In this document: positions 39,157-49,063 of the stretch, one piece after another | Numbering within the stretch: the first letter of the stretch is position 1 | Layout of the letters: each line of letters opens with the position of its first letter | Assembly (NCBI GenBank): GCA_028872875.1 | Contig: JAGWOC010000005.1 | Span: 4,114-68,113 of the forward strand | Reading direction: 5' to 3' | DNA from: Chloroflexota bacterium | GTDB taxonomy: Bacteria; Chloroflexota; Dehalococcoidia; DSTF01; JACRBR01 | Length of the DNA stretch: 64,000 nucleotides | Position numbers and translations under genes: made by a program | Notes under the pieces: generated by a model | Told to the model about the DNA's origin: nothing | Seen by the model: only the letters and a program-made list of their open reading frames with translations | Database searches by the model: none

Positions 39157-41361
39157 GTGGTGGTGGGCGTCGCGTGCAGCGGCTCCAAGCCGGAGCCAGC
39201 CGGCGGCGGTACGCCGCCGGCCGGCGCCACGATGACGGCGGCGAACGCCACAGCGACGCCAACACCGGCCCCCGCCGATGTGCGGCTCGCCGCGACGCTG
39301 CGCTACGAGGGCGAGTACGAGAAGGCGATCGACATCTACGCCGCCGTTGCGACGAGCGAGGGCGGGCAGGCGCGGCAGGACGCCCTGCTGGCGCAGGCGC
39401 AGCTCCTGAGCCGCACACATCGCTTCGCGGAAGCGCGCGACGTGCTCCAGCAGTGGCTTGCGGGCGCCGGCGCGTCTGCGGACGGCAGCACGGCGCAGTA
39501 CATGCTGGCATCCACGCTCGACGACCTGGGCGACCCGCAGGGCGCGCTCGACAACTACGACCGGTACATCGCCGCCGGCGGGCCGGCGTCCGACTTCGCG
39601 AAGATCGAGCGCGCGAAGATGCTGGCCCGGCTCGGCCGCACGCTCGACGCGGAGCAGGCCGCGGAGGCGGTGCTGGCGAGCAGCATCGACAACTCGTTCA
39701 AGGCATCATTCGCGTTCAGCATCGCCAGCGCGTTCGAGCAGGCTGGCGCCGACGCGAACGCGCTGGCCTGGTACAACCGGGTGAAGCTGATGCCCGGCGG
39801 CGACGTCGCGAGCGCGCTGGCGCGCACCGGCGGCATCAAGAAGCGCCAGGGCGACCCGACGTGGAGCATCGACTACCTGCAGGCGATCAGGGACTACCCG
39901 TCGGCCGGAGCCGCGCCGGACATGCTCGATGCGCTCGACGCGGCGGGCGTCGCCGTGGGCGACTACACGCGGGGGCGCGTCGACTACCACGCCGGCCGCG
40001 ACGACGCGGCGCGGGCGGCGTTCACCAGGGCCATCGCGGCCGGCACGGACGTCGCGGCGGCGGAGTACTACCTGGGCGCGCTCGACGAGCGCGCGGGGAA
40101 CGTGGACGCCGCGATCCACGACTATGGCCTCGTGCCCCAGACCGATGCGGCGTCGCTGCTTGCGCCGGCCGCGCTCTGGTGGCGCGGGCGGCTGCTCGAC
40201 GCGCAGGGGCGCTTCGCCGAGGCGCAGGCGGACTACGGCACGCTCGCGGCGCAGTACTCATCTTCGAGCTACGCGGACGGCGCGGCATTCCGGCAGGGGC
40301 TCGCGGCGTACCGCGCCGGCGACCGCACGACCGCGATCACGCTGTGGAGCGCGCTGGCGGCGCGCACGAGCGGCGACGACAACCTGCGCGCGCGCTACTG
40401 GCAGGGCCGGGCGCTGGTCGAGCAGAACGGCGCCGCGAACGACGGCGTGCTGCAAACGCTGGTGAAGGACGCGCCGGAGAGCTATTACGGCCTGCGCGCG
40501 TCGCTGCTCTTGAAACAGAACGGCGTGAAGGCCAAGACGCCGCAGCTCAACGACAGCCCGCCGGACTGGAAGAAGGTCGCGCGGTACATCAAGGACAGCA
40601 CGGGCAGCGACCCGGCGACCGCGAGCGATGCGCCCATCAACGACCCCCGCTGGGCGCAGGCGGCGGAGCTGGCGAACGTCGGGCTGAACGCGCAGTCGGA
40701 CACGGTCTTCCGCGAGATCATCCAGCAGTACGCGAGCGACCCCGTCGGGCTGTACAAGGTGACGAAGCGGCTCCAGCAGGAGGGGCGCACGAGCCTCGCG
40801 GCGCGGGCGGCGACGCGCCTGCTGTCGCTGCTTTCGCTGCAGGCGCCCCCGCCGGACGACCTGCTGCGCGTCGCGTACCCCATCGTCTACAAGAGCCTGG
40901 TGAGCGACGCGGCGGCGCAAGAGAAAGTTTCGCCCCTGCTCCTGCTGGCGCTCGTCCGCCAGGAGAGCTTCTACGACCCGCATGCCGGCTCGCCCGCGGG
41001 CGCGCTCGGGCTGACGCAGGTGGTGCCGGCAACGGGGACGCAGATCGCGCAGTCGCTGGGGGCGCAGGGGTTCACGGCGGATGACCTCTACCGTCCGACG
41101 GTGAGCCTGCGCTTCGGCGCCGACTACCTGGCGCAGCAGCTCCGGGCGTTCCAGTCGGACGCCTATCGCGCGCTGGCGGCGTACAACGCGGGGCCGGCCG
41201 CGGCGTCACGGGCCGCGAAGGCTGCCGGCACGGACGAGGACCTGTTCGTCGAGGACCTGGAGTTCGGCGAGACGCGCGCGTACGTAAAGCGTGTGATGGA
41301 GAACTACGCCCGCTACCGCCAGATCTACGAGCACCTGCCGGTGCCATCGCTGCCGCGCTAA
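39157..41361 (+). CDS. Soluble lytic murein transglycosylase (Slt-type: TPR-like superhelical N-domain plus C-terminal SLT domain). The N-terminus is uncertain.
   Basis: C-terminal 'LLLALVRQESFYDPHAGSPAGALGLTQVVPAT' is the SLT catalytic signature. A lipoprotein-like segment 'LGLAAAALVVVGVACSG' lies upstream of the first canonical in-frame start. The true start may be an upstream GTG (38950) or a non-canonical codon. Confidence 0.75.
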   Translation: MVVGVACSGSKPEPAGGGTPPAGATMTAANATATPTPAPADVRLAATLRYEGEYEKAIDIYAAVATSEGGQARQDALLAQAQLLSRTHRFAEARDVLQQWLAGAGASADGSTAQYMLASTLDDLGDPQGALDNYDRYIAAGGPASDFAKIERAKMLARLGRTLDAEQAAEAVLASSIDNSFKASFAFSIASAFEQAGADANALAWYNRVKLMPGGDVASALARTGGIKKRQGDPTWSIDYLQAIRDYPSAGAAPDMLDALDAAGVAVGDYTRGRVDYHAGRDDAARAAFTRAIAAGTDVAAAEYYLGALDERAGNVDAAIHDYGLVPQTDAASLLAPAALWWRGRLLDAQGRFAEAQADYGTLAAQYSSSSYADGAAFRQGLAAYRAGDRTTAITLWSALAARTSGDDNLRARYWQGRALVEQNGAANDGVLQTLVKDAPESYYGLRASLLLKQNGVKAKTPQLNDSPPDWKKVARYIKDSTGSDPATASDAPINDPRWAQAAELANVGLNAQSDTVFREIIQQYASDPVGLYKVTKRLQQEGRTSLAARAATRLLSLLSLQAPPPDDLLRVAYPIVYKSLVSDAAAQEKVSPLLLLALVRQESFYDPHAGSPAGALGLTQVVPATGTQIAQSLGAQGFTADDLYRPTVSLRFGADYLAQQLRAFQSDAYRALAAYNAGPAAASRAAKAAGTDEDLFVEDLEFGETRAYVKRVMENYARYRQIYEHLPVPSLPR

Positions 41362-41452
41362 CGCGCCGCTCCCGGCACGAATGCTAGAATGGGCGAACGT
41401 CACACGATCTGGTGAACCCGTGCGAACCGCGCTCCACATCCGGCTTCGCCCC

Positions 41453-42034
41453 ATGTCGACCGAGGATATTCCGCAGGTCGTGGAGGTCGAGCGCGAGTCG
41501 TTTCCGACGATCTGGCCGCAGACGGCGTACCGGCGCGAGCTGCAGAACAAGCTGGCGCACTACATCGTGATCACGGAGCCGTCCGACCCGGGCGAGGCCG
41601 CGGCGCCCGCGTCCGGCGTCTGGGGGGCGCTCCGACGGCTGGTCGGCCCGCCGCCGCCCGCGCCGGAGCACCTGCTCGGCTTCATCGGCGTGTGGATGAT
41701 GGCGGGCGAGGCGCACATTGTCACGGTCGCGGTGCGCGAACGCTACCGCCGCATGGGAATCGGCGAGCGGCTGCTCATCGCCTGCATCGAGCTGGCGATG
41801 GAGTCAGGGCAGGAGGTGGTGACGCTGGAGGTGCGCAAGTCGAACGATGCGGCGCAACTGCTATACGACAAGTACGGCTTCGAACGGGTCGGGCTGCGCG
41901 TCCGCTACTACACCGACAACAACGAGGACGCGGTGCTGATGACGACGCCCGACCTGGCGTCGTCCTCGTATCGCGCGCTGTTCGGGCGGCTGCGGGCTGA
42001 GCACCGGGCGCGCAATCCGGACCTCTGGCAGTGA
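41453..42034 (+). CDS. rimI: Ribosomal-protein-alanine N-acetyltransferase (GNAT).
   Basis: 193 aa from MSTEDIPQ. 'HIVTVAVRERYRRMGIGERLL' acetyl-CoA-binding motif. Confidence 0.8.
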   Translation: MSTEDIPQVVEVERESFPTIWPQTAYRRELQNKLAHYIVITEPSDPGEAAAPASGVWGALRRLVGPPPPAPEHLLGFIGVWMMAGEAHIVTVAVRERYRRMGIGERLLIACIELAMESGQEVVTLEVRKSNDAAQLLYDKYGFERVGLRVRYYTDNNEDAVLMTTPDLASSSYRALFGRLRAEHRARNPDLWQ

Positions 42035-43095
42035 GCCGCCCATTCGGTGGCGGCGTCTCGTCGCGCACCCGCGCCGGGTTGCCCCGACGGGCCGTATGGC
42101 TGGCCGCACTCGCTGCCGTTTCCGCGCTCGCGTTCGCCGCGTGCGGCGGCGGCGCGCCATCGAAGGCGGCCGGCACCACCACCGCGGACGCTACCGCACC
42201 CGCAGCATCGTCGACCGCCGCGCCATCTTCGCCGGTCGCGCTGCCGTCGCCGCCGTGCGCGCCCGCGAAGCCGTACGCCGCGGGCAGCACCGACGTGAAC
42301 ATTCAGTCCGGCGGGCTGGACCGCCACTACATCCTGCACCTGCCGCCTTCGTACGACGGCACAAAGGAGCTGCCGCTGGTGATCAACCTGCACGGAGCAG
42401 GTTCGAACGCGCTGCAGCAGGCGTTCTACTCCGGCTTCCAGCAGAAGGCCGACAGAGAGGGCTTCATCACCATTACGCCGGATGGGACCGGCACGCCGCG
42501 CGCCTGGAACTTCATCCCGATACCCGGGGGCGCGGACGACGTGGGGTTCATCCGCGACGCGCTGGACCGCACCGAGGCGGCGCTCTGCATCGACCCGGCG
42601 CGGGTGTACGCGACGGGCATTTCGAGCGGAGCGGCGATGGCGGTGCGGCTCGCCTGCTCGCTACAGGACCGCATCGACGCCATCGGCGTCGTCGCGGCGC
42701 TCTGGTACCCGCCGGACTGTCCGACGGCGAAGCCGATGCCGGTGCTGGAGTTCCACGGCACGAAGGACCCGCTGGTCCCGTTCGGCGGCGGCACGGTCGC
42801 CAACAGCGGCATCCCGGCGCCAAGCGTCGAGGGCGCGGCGGCGGCGTGGGCGAAGGCGGACGGCTGCGAACTCACGCCCGCGAAGATGCAGCTCACCCCG
42901 CACGTGCGTACGCTGGCGTACAGCGAGTGCCGCGGTTACGTTGCGGTCGAGCTGTTCATCGTCGAAGGCGGGGGGCACACGTGGCCGGGGGCAGCGGCCG
43001 ACGTCACGGCGCTGGGCGCGACGACGCACGAGGTGAGCGCGACGGACGAGATCTGGCAGTTCTTCATCGCGCAGATGCCAGGGGTGAGCCGGTAA
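42031..43095 (+). CDS. Secreted lipoprotein esterase of the PHB-depolymerase family (esterase_phb/LpqC-like).
   Basis: 354 aa. Lipobox 'LAFAACGG'. 'LPLVINLHGAGSNA' and 'GISSGAAMA' nucleophile-elbow motifs. Confidence 0.8.
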   Translation: MSRPFGGGVSSRTRAGLPRRAVWLAALAAVSALAFAACGGGAPSKAAGTTTADATAPAASSTAAPSSPVALPSPPCAPAKPYAAGSTDVNIQSGGLDRHYILHLPPSYDGTKELPLVINLHGAGSNALQQAFYSGFQQKADREGFITITPDGTGTPRAWNFIPIPGGADDVGFIRDALDRTEAALCIDPARVYATGISSGAAMAVRLACSLQDRIDAIGVVAALWYPPDCPTAKPMPVLEFHGTKDPLVPFGGGTVANSGIPAPSVEGAAAAWAKADGCELTPAKMQLTPHVRTLAYSECRGYVAVELFIVEGGGHTWPGAAADVTALGATTHEVSATDEIWQFFIAQMPGVSR

Positions 43096-43295
43096 GGGGC
43101 CGGCGGCCGGAGACTGGAGTGCGCGAGGACGGAAGATGGAGCGCGCGAGGCGGAAGGGTGCGGTGTGGGCGCGGGGCGGGGGACGATGCGGCCGGCGCGC
43201 ACGTGTGCGCGGGCTGAAGGCCGGCGCTCCGGGTGCACCGGCCGGGGCGGGAGGCTGATGGCAGACGAGAGAAGGGATCTCACCAAGTGACCACG

Positions 43296-44237
43296 ATGCG
43301 CTTCGGCCTCCAGACGAGCCTCAACAACGTCGAGTGGCGGCAGGTCGAGGACATCTGGGCGTTCCTCGACCGCGAGACGAAGTTCCACAGCGCCTGGACC
43401 TTCGACCACTTCATCCCGCCGGGCCCGGGGCAGGACCCGAACGCGAACTGCTTCGAGGGCTGGAGCGCGCTCGCGGCGCTGGCGGCGCGCACGTCGCGGA
43501 TCCGGCTGGGCTGCCTGGTAACGGGCGTGACGTACCGGGAGCCGGCGGTGCTGGCGAAGATGGCGGCGACCATCGACCATCTGAGCGGTGGCCGCCTGGA
43601 GTTCGGCATCGGCGCGGCGTGGCACCAGGGCGAGCACGAGATGTACGGGATGCGCTTCCCGCCGGCAAGGGAGCGCGAGGACCGGCTCGAGGAGGCGGTG
43701 CGGCTGATCCGGATGCTGTTCGATAGCGAGGGGCCCGTCGACTACGAGGGCCGGTACTACGGCTTGCGCCGGGCGGTGTTCCTGCCGAAGCCGGTGCAGC
43801 GGCCGCACCCGCCGATCATGGTGGGCGGCGGCGGTGAGCGGCGCACGCTCCGCACGCTCGCGCGCTACGGCGACGTCATGAACGTCTCCGGCACGCCGGA
43901 GATGGTGCGCCGGAAGATCGAGGTGCTGGAGCGCCACTGCAGGGAGGCAGGGCGCGACCCGGCGGAGATCGAGAAGACGACGTTCGGCGCGATCGTCGTG
44001 AGCGAGAACCAGGGGCTGATCGACCGGGTGGCGGCGATGTCCGCGGCGGGCGCGGGACTGTCGCCGGAGGAGGCGAAGCGGCAGTTGCCGATCGGGCCGG
44101 CGGCACACGTGAGGGGCATCGTCGAGCGATATGCTGAGGCGGGCGTGACGCAGATGATCATGATGAGCCAGGGGCCCTGGAAGCGCGAAGTGTACGAGCG
44201 CATCAACGCCGAGGTCGTCGAGCCCTTCGCCGGCTGA
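43296..44237 (+). CDS. Luciferase-like (LLM) flavin/F420-dependent oxidoreductase.
   Basis: 313 aa from MRFGLQ. TIM-barrel LLM pattern 'FHSAWTFDHF...GRLEFGIGAAW'. Confidence 0.85.
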   Translation: MRFGLQTSLNNVEWRQVEDIWAFLDRETKFHSAWTFDHFIPPGPGQDPNANCFEGWSALAALAARTSRIRLGCLVTGVTYREPAVLAKMAATIDHLSGGRLEFGIGAAWHQGEHEMYGMRFPPAREREDRLEEAVRLIRMLFDSEGPVDYEGRYYGLRRAVFLPKPVQRPHPPIMVGGGGERRTLRTLARYGDVMNVSGTPEMVRRKIEVLERHCREAGRDPAEIEKTTFGAIVVSENQGLIDRVAAMSAAGAGLSPEEAKRQLPIGPAAHVRGIVERYAEAGVTQMIMMSQGPWKREVYERINAEVVEPFAG

Positions 44238-44258
44238 AAAAATCGCCCGCTTAACCAG

Positions 44259-44287
44259 TTGAAAGCTGTACCCGCCTCTGTTACTGT
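44259..44287 (+). promoter_or_regulatory. Strong sigma-70-like promoter in an AT-rich spacer.
   Basis: TTGAAA (44259-44264), 17-nt spacer, TACTGT (44282-44287). AGGAGG RBS before the 44390 GTG. Confidence 0.5.
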
Positions 44288-44389
44288 AAGCCGTCAATCT
44301 AAGAGTTTCCCGTCCGAGTCCGCCGCGAAGATGCACAGATTCGCTCCGCCCCTGACGACAAGGAAACGTTCTCACAGGAGGGTCGTCAG

Positions 44390-44776
44390 GTGCCTTACAC
44401 CGACAGAAATCTGACGTGCGTGGACTGCGGCGCGGAGTTCGTGTTCTCCGCCGAGGATCAGGAATTCCACGCGAGCCGGGGCTTCACAAACGAGCCGAAG
44501 CGTTGCCCCGACTGCCGGCGCGCCCGCAAGAGCGCGCGCGGCGACAGCGGCGGGGGCGGCGGCTACGGCGGCGGGGGTGGTGGTTACGGCGGCGGGGGCG
44601 GCGGCTATGGTGGCGGTGGCGGCGGCTACTCGTCCGCGCCGCGGCAGATGTATCCGGCGGTCTGCGCTTCGTGCGGGCGCGAGACCGAGGTGCCGTTCCA
44701 GCCGCGAGGCGACCGCCCTGTCTACTGCCGCGACTGCTTCCGCTCGCAGTCACCGAGCGGCGGCGGCCGCCGGTAG
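44390..44776 (+). CDS. Double zinc-ribbon protein with a (GGGGGGY)x4 Gly/Tyr-rich linker (zf-trcl-like 'probable zinc-ribbon').
   Basis: 128 aa. 'CVDCGAEFVFSAEDQEFHASRGFTNEPKRCPDCR' ...GY repeats... 'CASCGRETEVPFQPRGDRPVYCRDC'. Confidence 0.7.
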   Translation: MPYTDRNLTCVDCGAEFVFSAEDQEFHASRGFTNEPKRCPDCRRARKSARGDSGGGGGYGGGGGGYGGGGGGYGGGGGGYSSAPRQMYPAVCASCGRETEVPFQPRGDRPVYCRDCFRSQSPSGGGRR

Positions 44777-44908
44777 GCGCTCAGCCGACAATCGCAGAGC
44801 AAGCGAGGGCGCGGTGTCATGGCCGCGTCCTTGTTGCACGTGGGACAGACGGCGTGCGTGCTCCTGCGCCACCGCGTGCTCGTCCATGCCGCCTGGCTCC
44901 AGCGCGCG

Positions 44909-45952
44909 CTACGCGGCGGGGTCGCTGCCGGCGAGCGCCGGCTCGGGCTCGTCGGTGTCGTCGATGCGCACGCCGCGGCGCGCGAGGCGTCGCGTCAGCA
45001 CGGCGAACATCAGCAGCCCGAGCACGACGCCAAACCAGAGCGTCGAGATGCGGATGATGATCGTGGCGAGCGACGCGGTGGCCTTCGGGTCGACGAACGT
45101 GCGTGCCGGGTCGATGATCAGGGTCTGCGTGAGCGACGCGATGCCGACCTCGGCCACGCCGAGCCCGCCGGGGGTAAAGAGCAGCGCCGCGGCGAGCGTG
45201 GCGATGGGCAGGATGAACGCCGCCTTGAACAGCGTCTCGAAGCCGCCGCTCACGCCGACGCCGACGAGCGTCAGGTAGAAGGCGGCGACCTCGAAGAACC
45301 AGGAGACGACGCTGAGGCCGGTCATCAGCACCACGCCGCGCGGCTTCATGAGGACGTAGGTGCTCTCGTAGAACTCCTCGAAGTGCTGCTCCAGCCGCCG
45401 CACGAGGGGCACCCTTGCAAGCATGCGGAGGAGGGCGTACGACGCGCGGCGGTTGCGGGAGACGCTCACCACGGCCACGCCGCCGACGGCGAACACGACG
45501 ACGACCGGCCAGGTGTTGTGCCCGAACGCGACGACGCCCGCGGCGGCGATGATCAGCAGCCCGAGCGCGTCGGTGAGGCGCTCGGCGAGGAGGATGGGCG
45601 TGGACTTCGTGACGGACGTGCCGGCGACGTCCTTCAGCAGGTGGCTCTTCAGCCACTCGCCCGCCTTGCCGGGCGTGACTGTCATGCCGAGGCCGGAGAA
45701 GTAGATGAGGAAGCTGTCGACCTTGCTCAGCCCGACGACGCCGATCTGCTTGAGGTAGTACTCCCACTTCAGGAAGCGCAGGGCGTAATTGCCGAAGGTA
45801 ACGAGCAGGATCAGCGGCAGCAGCTCCCAGCGGAAGTTACGGACGTCGCGCACGACCCGCGAGAAGTCGCCGTAGGCGAGCAGCCCGGCGAAGACGACGA
45901 TGCCGAGCACCATCGAGATGAGGAGCTTGCCGCGCAGGCTCGAGACGTTCAC
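44909..45952 (-). CDS. UPF0104/'flippase-like' integral membrane protein (LPG-synthase TM-domain family).
   Basis: 347 aa, about 8 TM. 'YALRFLKWEYYL' type motif. GTG start. Confidence 0.6.
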   Translation of the reverse strand: MNVSSLRGKLLISMVLGIVVFAGLLAYGDFSRVVRDVRNFRWELLPLILLVTFGNYALRFLKWEYYLKQIGVVGLSKVDSFLIYFSGLGMTVTPGKAGEWLKSHLLKDVAGTSVTKSTPILLAERLTDALGLLIIAAAGVVAFGHNTWPVVVVFAVGGVAVVSVSRNRRASYALLRMLARVPLVRRLEQHFEEFYESTYVLMKPRGVVLMTGLSVVSWFFEVAAFYLTLVGVGVSGGFETLFKAAFILPIATLAAALLFTPGGLGVAEVGIASLTQTLIIDPARTFVDPKATASLATIIIRISTLWFGVVLGLLMFAVLTRRLARRGVRIDDTDEPEPALAGSDPAA

Positions 45953-46139
45953 GCGGCCGCCGGGCCAGTCAGCATGGCCCCAGCTTACTTCACGCCGGCC
46001 CGGCGCGAGTAGGGAGCGCGCCGGGCGACGCGCCTGGAGCTGCGGACGGACCGCTTGATCCGCGAAGCAACGGCTCCGCCTGCGCCGGGTCGGGGTTCAC
46101 CCGATGCTGCCGGCGGCGCGGGCGGCCGATCCACCGCAC

Positions 46140-46655
46140 ATGCAGCTTGTGCTCACACGCCGCACCCTCTGCGGGCGCTTCGACGCGCCGGCGGTGCGCG
46201 TGGCGGCGCGCGTCGCGGCGTCGGCGCTCGTGGTCGGCGCCGCCTACCTGGCTGCCGCCTGGTACGCCGGCGTCGCGCCGTTCCGCGCGTCCGCACCGGC
46301 GCCGTACAGCCAGAGCGCCGTGCTGCGCGCGATCCCGTTCGACGCGCCCCTGCCGTACGACCGGAGGCTGCTCGAAGCGGGCCGCGGCGGCGTCCTCCCG
46401 TACCACCTTGCCTGGACGTCGGCGCAGTCGCCGGACGTGGTCGGCCTGGAAGTGCTGGAGCACCTGCGAAACAGCCCCAAGTGGCAGCTCACGGAGCGCA
46501 CGGCGCTCGCCGGCGCCTTCACGACGCATCTTGCGCGGCTCGCGGCAAACGGGCAGATGACGCACTTCGCCGAGCTGTCGGTGCGTCCGTACGGCGCGGG
46601 CAGCCTCATCACGTTCGACTTCACACCGATCCCAACCGCGTTCGCGCCGAAGTAA
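46140..46655 (+). CDS. Hypothetical secreted/anchored protein.
   Basis: 171 aa from MQLVLTRR, with a signal-anchor-like 'VAASALVVGAAYLAAAWYAG'. Confidence 0.4.
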   Translation: MQLVLTRRTLCGRFDAPAVRVAARVAASALVVGAAYLAAAWYAGVAPFRASAPAPYSQSAVLRAIPFDAPLPYDRRLLEAGRGGVLPYHLAWTSAQSPDVVGLEVLEHLRNSPKWQLTERTALAGAFTTHLARLAANGQMTHFAELSVRPYGAGSLITFDFTPIPTAFAPK

Positions 46656-46789
46656 CCGCATCCTTGCATCGGCGTTGCGGCCCGGCGGCGTAGGTGATCC
46701 CCCGATCATCACCCGCGCGCGCACGGCCGAACATCGGGCGGGACGATCGCGGACGGGCCGTACGGCCGCCGGGTGGCGGAGGGTCTTCC

Positions 46790-47980
46790 ATGATGGCAGT
46801 GTGCGCGGGCCCCAGATGGGCCGCACGGCGGGCGGGCGACGCGCAGGCGGTGTGGCGTGCGGTCGCGCCGGCGGCCGTGACGCTCGCGCTGCTCGGCGCG
46901 ATCGGCGTCGAGCTGGCGGTGCTGGCAGCGTGGCTGCCGGACACGCTGCGGGCGTTCTGGTCCGGGAACACGGGAGACTTCCATAACCTGTACGAGCCGG
47001 CGAGCCACCTGCAGCTTGTCGGCCTCTACAGCCCGGCGCTGACGCTGCTGCTCTATCCCTTCTCGTTGATGGGCGAGCACGTCGCCTACCGCGTCTTCTT
47101 TGGCATGAACGTGGCAGCGGCCGTGGCTGTCGCCTACATCGCGCAGCGGGCCGTGCGTTCGCCCGAGGCGCGTCTGGCCGTCGCGCTTGCCGTCGTGTCG
47201 CTCCCCGAGCTGCACTGGGCGCTGCGCCTGGGCCACATCACGCCGATGCTGGCGCTGGCGGCGCTCGGCGGGCTGCTGCTGGTGCAGCGCCGCCCGCGCC
47301 TCGGCGCGGTGCTGCTGGCGGTGCTCTCGCTGAAGCCGCAGTACGTGATCGCGCCGTTCTTCTACCTCGCATGCCGCCGCCAGTTCCGCGCGCTGGGCGT
47401 GATGCTCGGGGTGGCCGCCGCGGGCGCGGCCGCGGGCTTCGCGGCGATCGGGCCGGGCAGCATCGCGACGTACGTGGGGTCGTACCTGAGCTGGGGGCCG
47501 CGCAGCACGGAGAACCTGCTGCCGGTGCAGCAGGCGTGGATGTACTCGTGGCCTGGCTTCCTGATCTCGGCCGGCATCAAGCCGAGCCCGGCGCTCACCG
47601 CCGACCTGCTGCTGCTCTCCGCGGGCGTGCTCGCCGTCGCCGCCTGGCGGCTCGACGCTGCGAAGGGGGCGGCGGTGGCGGCGCTGGCGCTGGTGCTGGT
47701 GACGCCGTACTCGCAGTTCTACGACACCCTACTCGTCGCGGTGGCGATGGCGCTCGTCCTGCGCGCGGGCATCCAGCCCGCGGCGGCAGGGGTCATCATC
47801 GCGGCACTGTACGCCGCGGCGGTGGTGACGCAGACCCACACGTACTTTCCCGTGCGCGACGTGCTCGGGCCGGCGACGACCTCGGGTCTGTACTGGATCA
47901 CGCCCGTCCTGCTCGCCGCAATCATCGCCGTCGTGATCGCCGACGGCCTCGCGCGGCGCCGCGCGTGGAAGGGAGCCTAG
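46790..47980 (+). CDS. Polytopic GT-C-type membrane glycosyltransferase-like protein (DUF2029/GT87-like). Paralog of 50277-51644.
   Basis: 396 aa from MMAVCAG (RBS GGCGGAGGG). Shares 'AQRAVRSPEARLAVALAVVSLPELHWALR' and 'LSLKPQYVIAPFFYL' blocks with the second copy. Confidence 0.7.
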   Translation: MMAVCAGPRWAARRAGDAQAVWRAVAPAAVTLALLGAIGVELAVLAAWLPDTLRAFWSGNTGDFHNLYEPASHLQLVGLYSPALTLLLYPFSLMGEHVAYRVFFGMNVAAAVAVAYIAQRAVRSPEARLAVALAVVSLPELHWALRLGHITPMLALAALGGLLLVQRRPRLGAVLLAVLSLKPQYVIAPFFYLACRRQFRALGVMLGVAAAGAAAGFAAIGPGSIATYVGSYLSWGPRSTENLLPVQQAWMYSWPGFLISAGIKPSPALTADLLLLSAGVLAVAAWRLDAAKGAAVAALALVLVTPYSQFYDTLLVAVAMALVLRAGIQPAAAGVIIAALYAAAVVTQTHTYFPVRDVLGPATTSGLYWITPVLLAAIIAVVIADGLARRRAWKGA

Positions 47981-47981
47981 C

Positions 47982-49037
47982 GTGGTGCTCCGCGTGCCGC
48001 CCGGCGAGGACACCGTCGATGTCTCGGTCGTCTCATGGAACTCGTGGGGCGACCTGCAGATGAGCCTTCCGGCGCTGGCGGCGCAGGATCATCCGGCGTA
48101 CCGGGTCGTCGTCGTCGACAATGCGTCGAGCGACGCGACGGCGGACGCGGTCGAGGCGCACTTCCCGGACGTGACGGTGATCCGCAGCGCGTGCAACGGC
48201 GGCTACGCGGCGGGCAACAACCTGTGCTTCGCGCAGTCAATGAGCACGTACATCGCCGTGCTGAACCCGGACGCCCGGCCCGAGTCGGGCTGGCTGCGGG
48301 CGCTCGTGCGGGCGCTCGAAGCCGACCCGTCCGCCGCGCTGGCGACGTCGAAGGTGCTGCTGGCGTCCGACCCGGGGCGGGTGAACGCGTGCGGGCTCGA
48401 TGTGCACCTGTCGGGCATCGCCTTCTGCCGCGGGCTCGACGACGCCCAGGACGCGTACGTCGCGACCGAGCCGGTGGCGGCGGTGTCCGGCGCGGCGTTC
48501 CTGGTGCGGCGCGACGTGCTCGTGGAGATCGGCGGGTTGGACGAGCGCTTCTTCATGTATATGGAGGACACGGAGCTGTCGATGCGCGCGCGGTTGGCGG
48601 GGTACCGGGTGGTGATGACGCCCCGCTCGCGCGTCGCGCATGCCTACGCGCTCGACATCTCGCCGTGGAAGCTCTACTACCTGGAGCGCAACCGGATCTT
48701 CATGCTCGTCAACGTCTTCCGCTGGCGCACGCTGGCGCTGCTGCTGCCGGCGCTGGCTGTCGCCGAGGCGGGCGTCTGGGCGTACGCGCTGCGCGGCGGG
48801 CCTGCGATGCTGGCCGCCAAGGTGCGCGCGTACGGGTCCGTGCTCGTCGCGCTGCCGTCTATGCTGCGGCGGCGGCGGCGCGTGCAGGCGATGCGCCGCG
48901 TCGGCGATGCGGCGCTGCTGGCGCAGATGACGCCGGCGCTGCCGGACGTCGGCAGGGGCGCCGGAGCACTGACCCTGGTTGCCAACCGCTTCTTCGCGCG
49001 CTACGCCGCGTTCTTGCGATGGGCGGTGCGCTGGTAG
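47982..49037 (+). CDS. Family 2 glycosyltransferase.
   Basis: 351 aa. 'VSVVSWNSWGDL', 'VVVVDNASSD', and DxD-like 'YMEDTELSMRA'. GTG two nt after the upstream stop. Confidence 0.9.
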   Translation: MVLRVPPGEDTVDVSVVSWNSWGDLQMSLPALAAQDHPAYRVVVVDNASSDATADAVEAHFPDVTVIRSACNGGYAAGNNLCFAQSMSTYIAVLNPDARPESGWLRALVRALEADPSAALATSKVLLASDPGRVNACGLDVHLSGIAFCRGLDDAQDAYVATEPVAAVSGAAFLVRRDVLVEIGGLDERFFMYMEDTELSMRARLAGYRVVMTPRSRVAHAYALDISPWKLYYLERNRIFMLVNVFRWRTLALLLPALAVAEAGVWAYALRGGPAMLAAKVRAYGSVLVALPSMLRRRRRVQAMRRVGDAALLAQMTPALPDVGRGAGALTLVANRFFARYAAFLRWAVRW

Positions 49038-49063
49038 GGCCACAGAGCGAAAGGATTCGGGAC

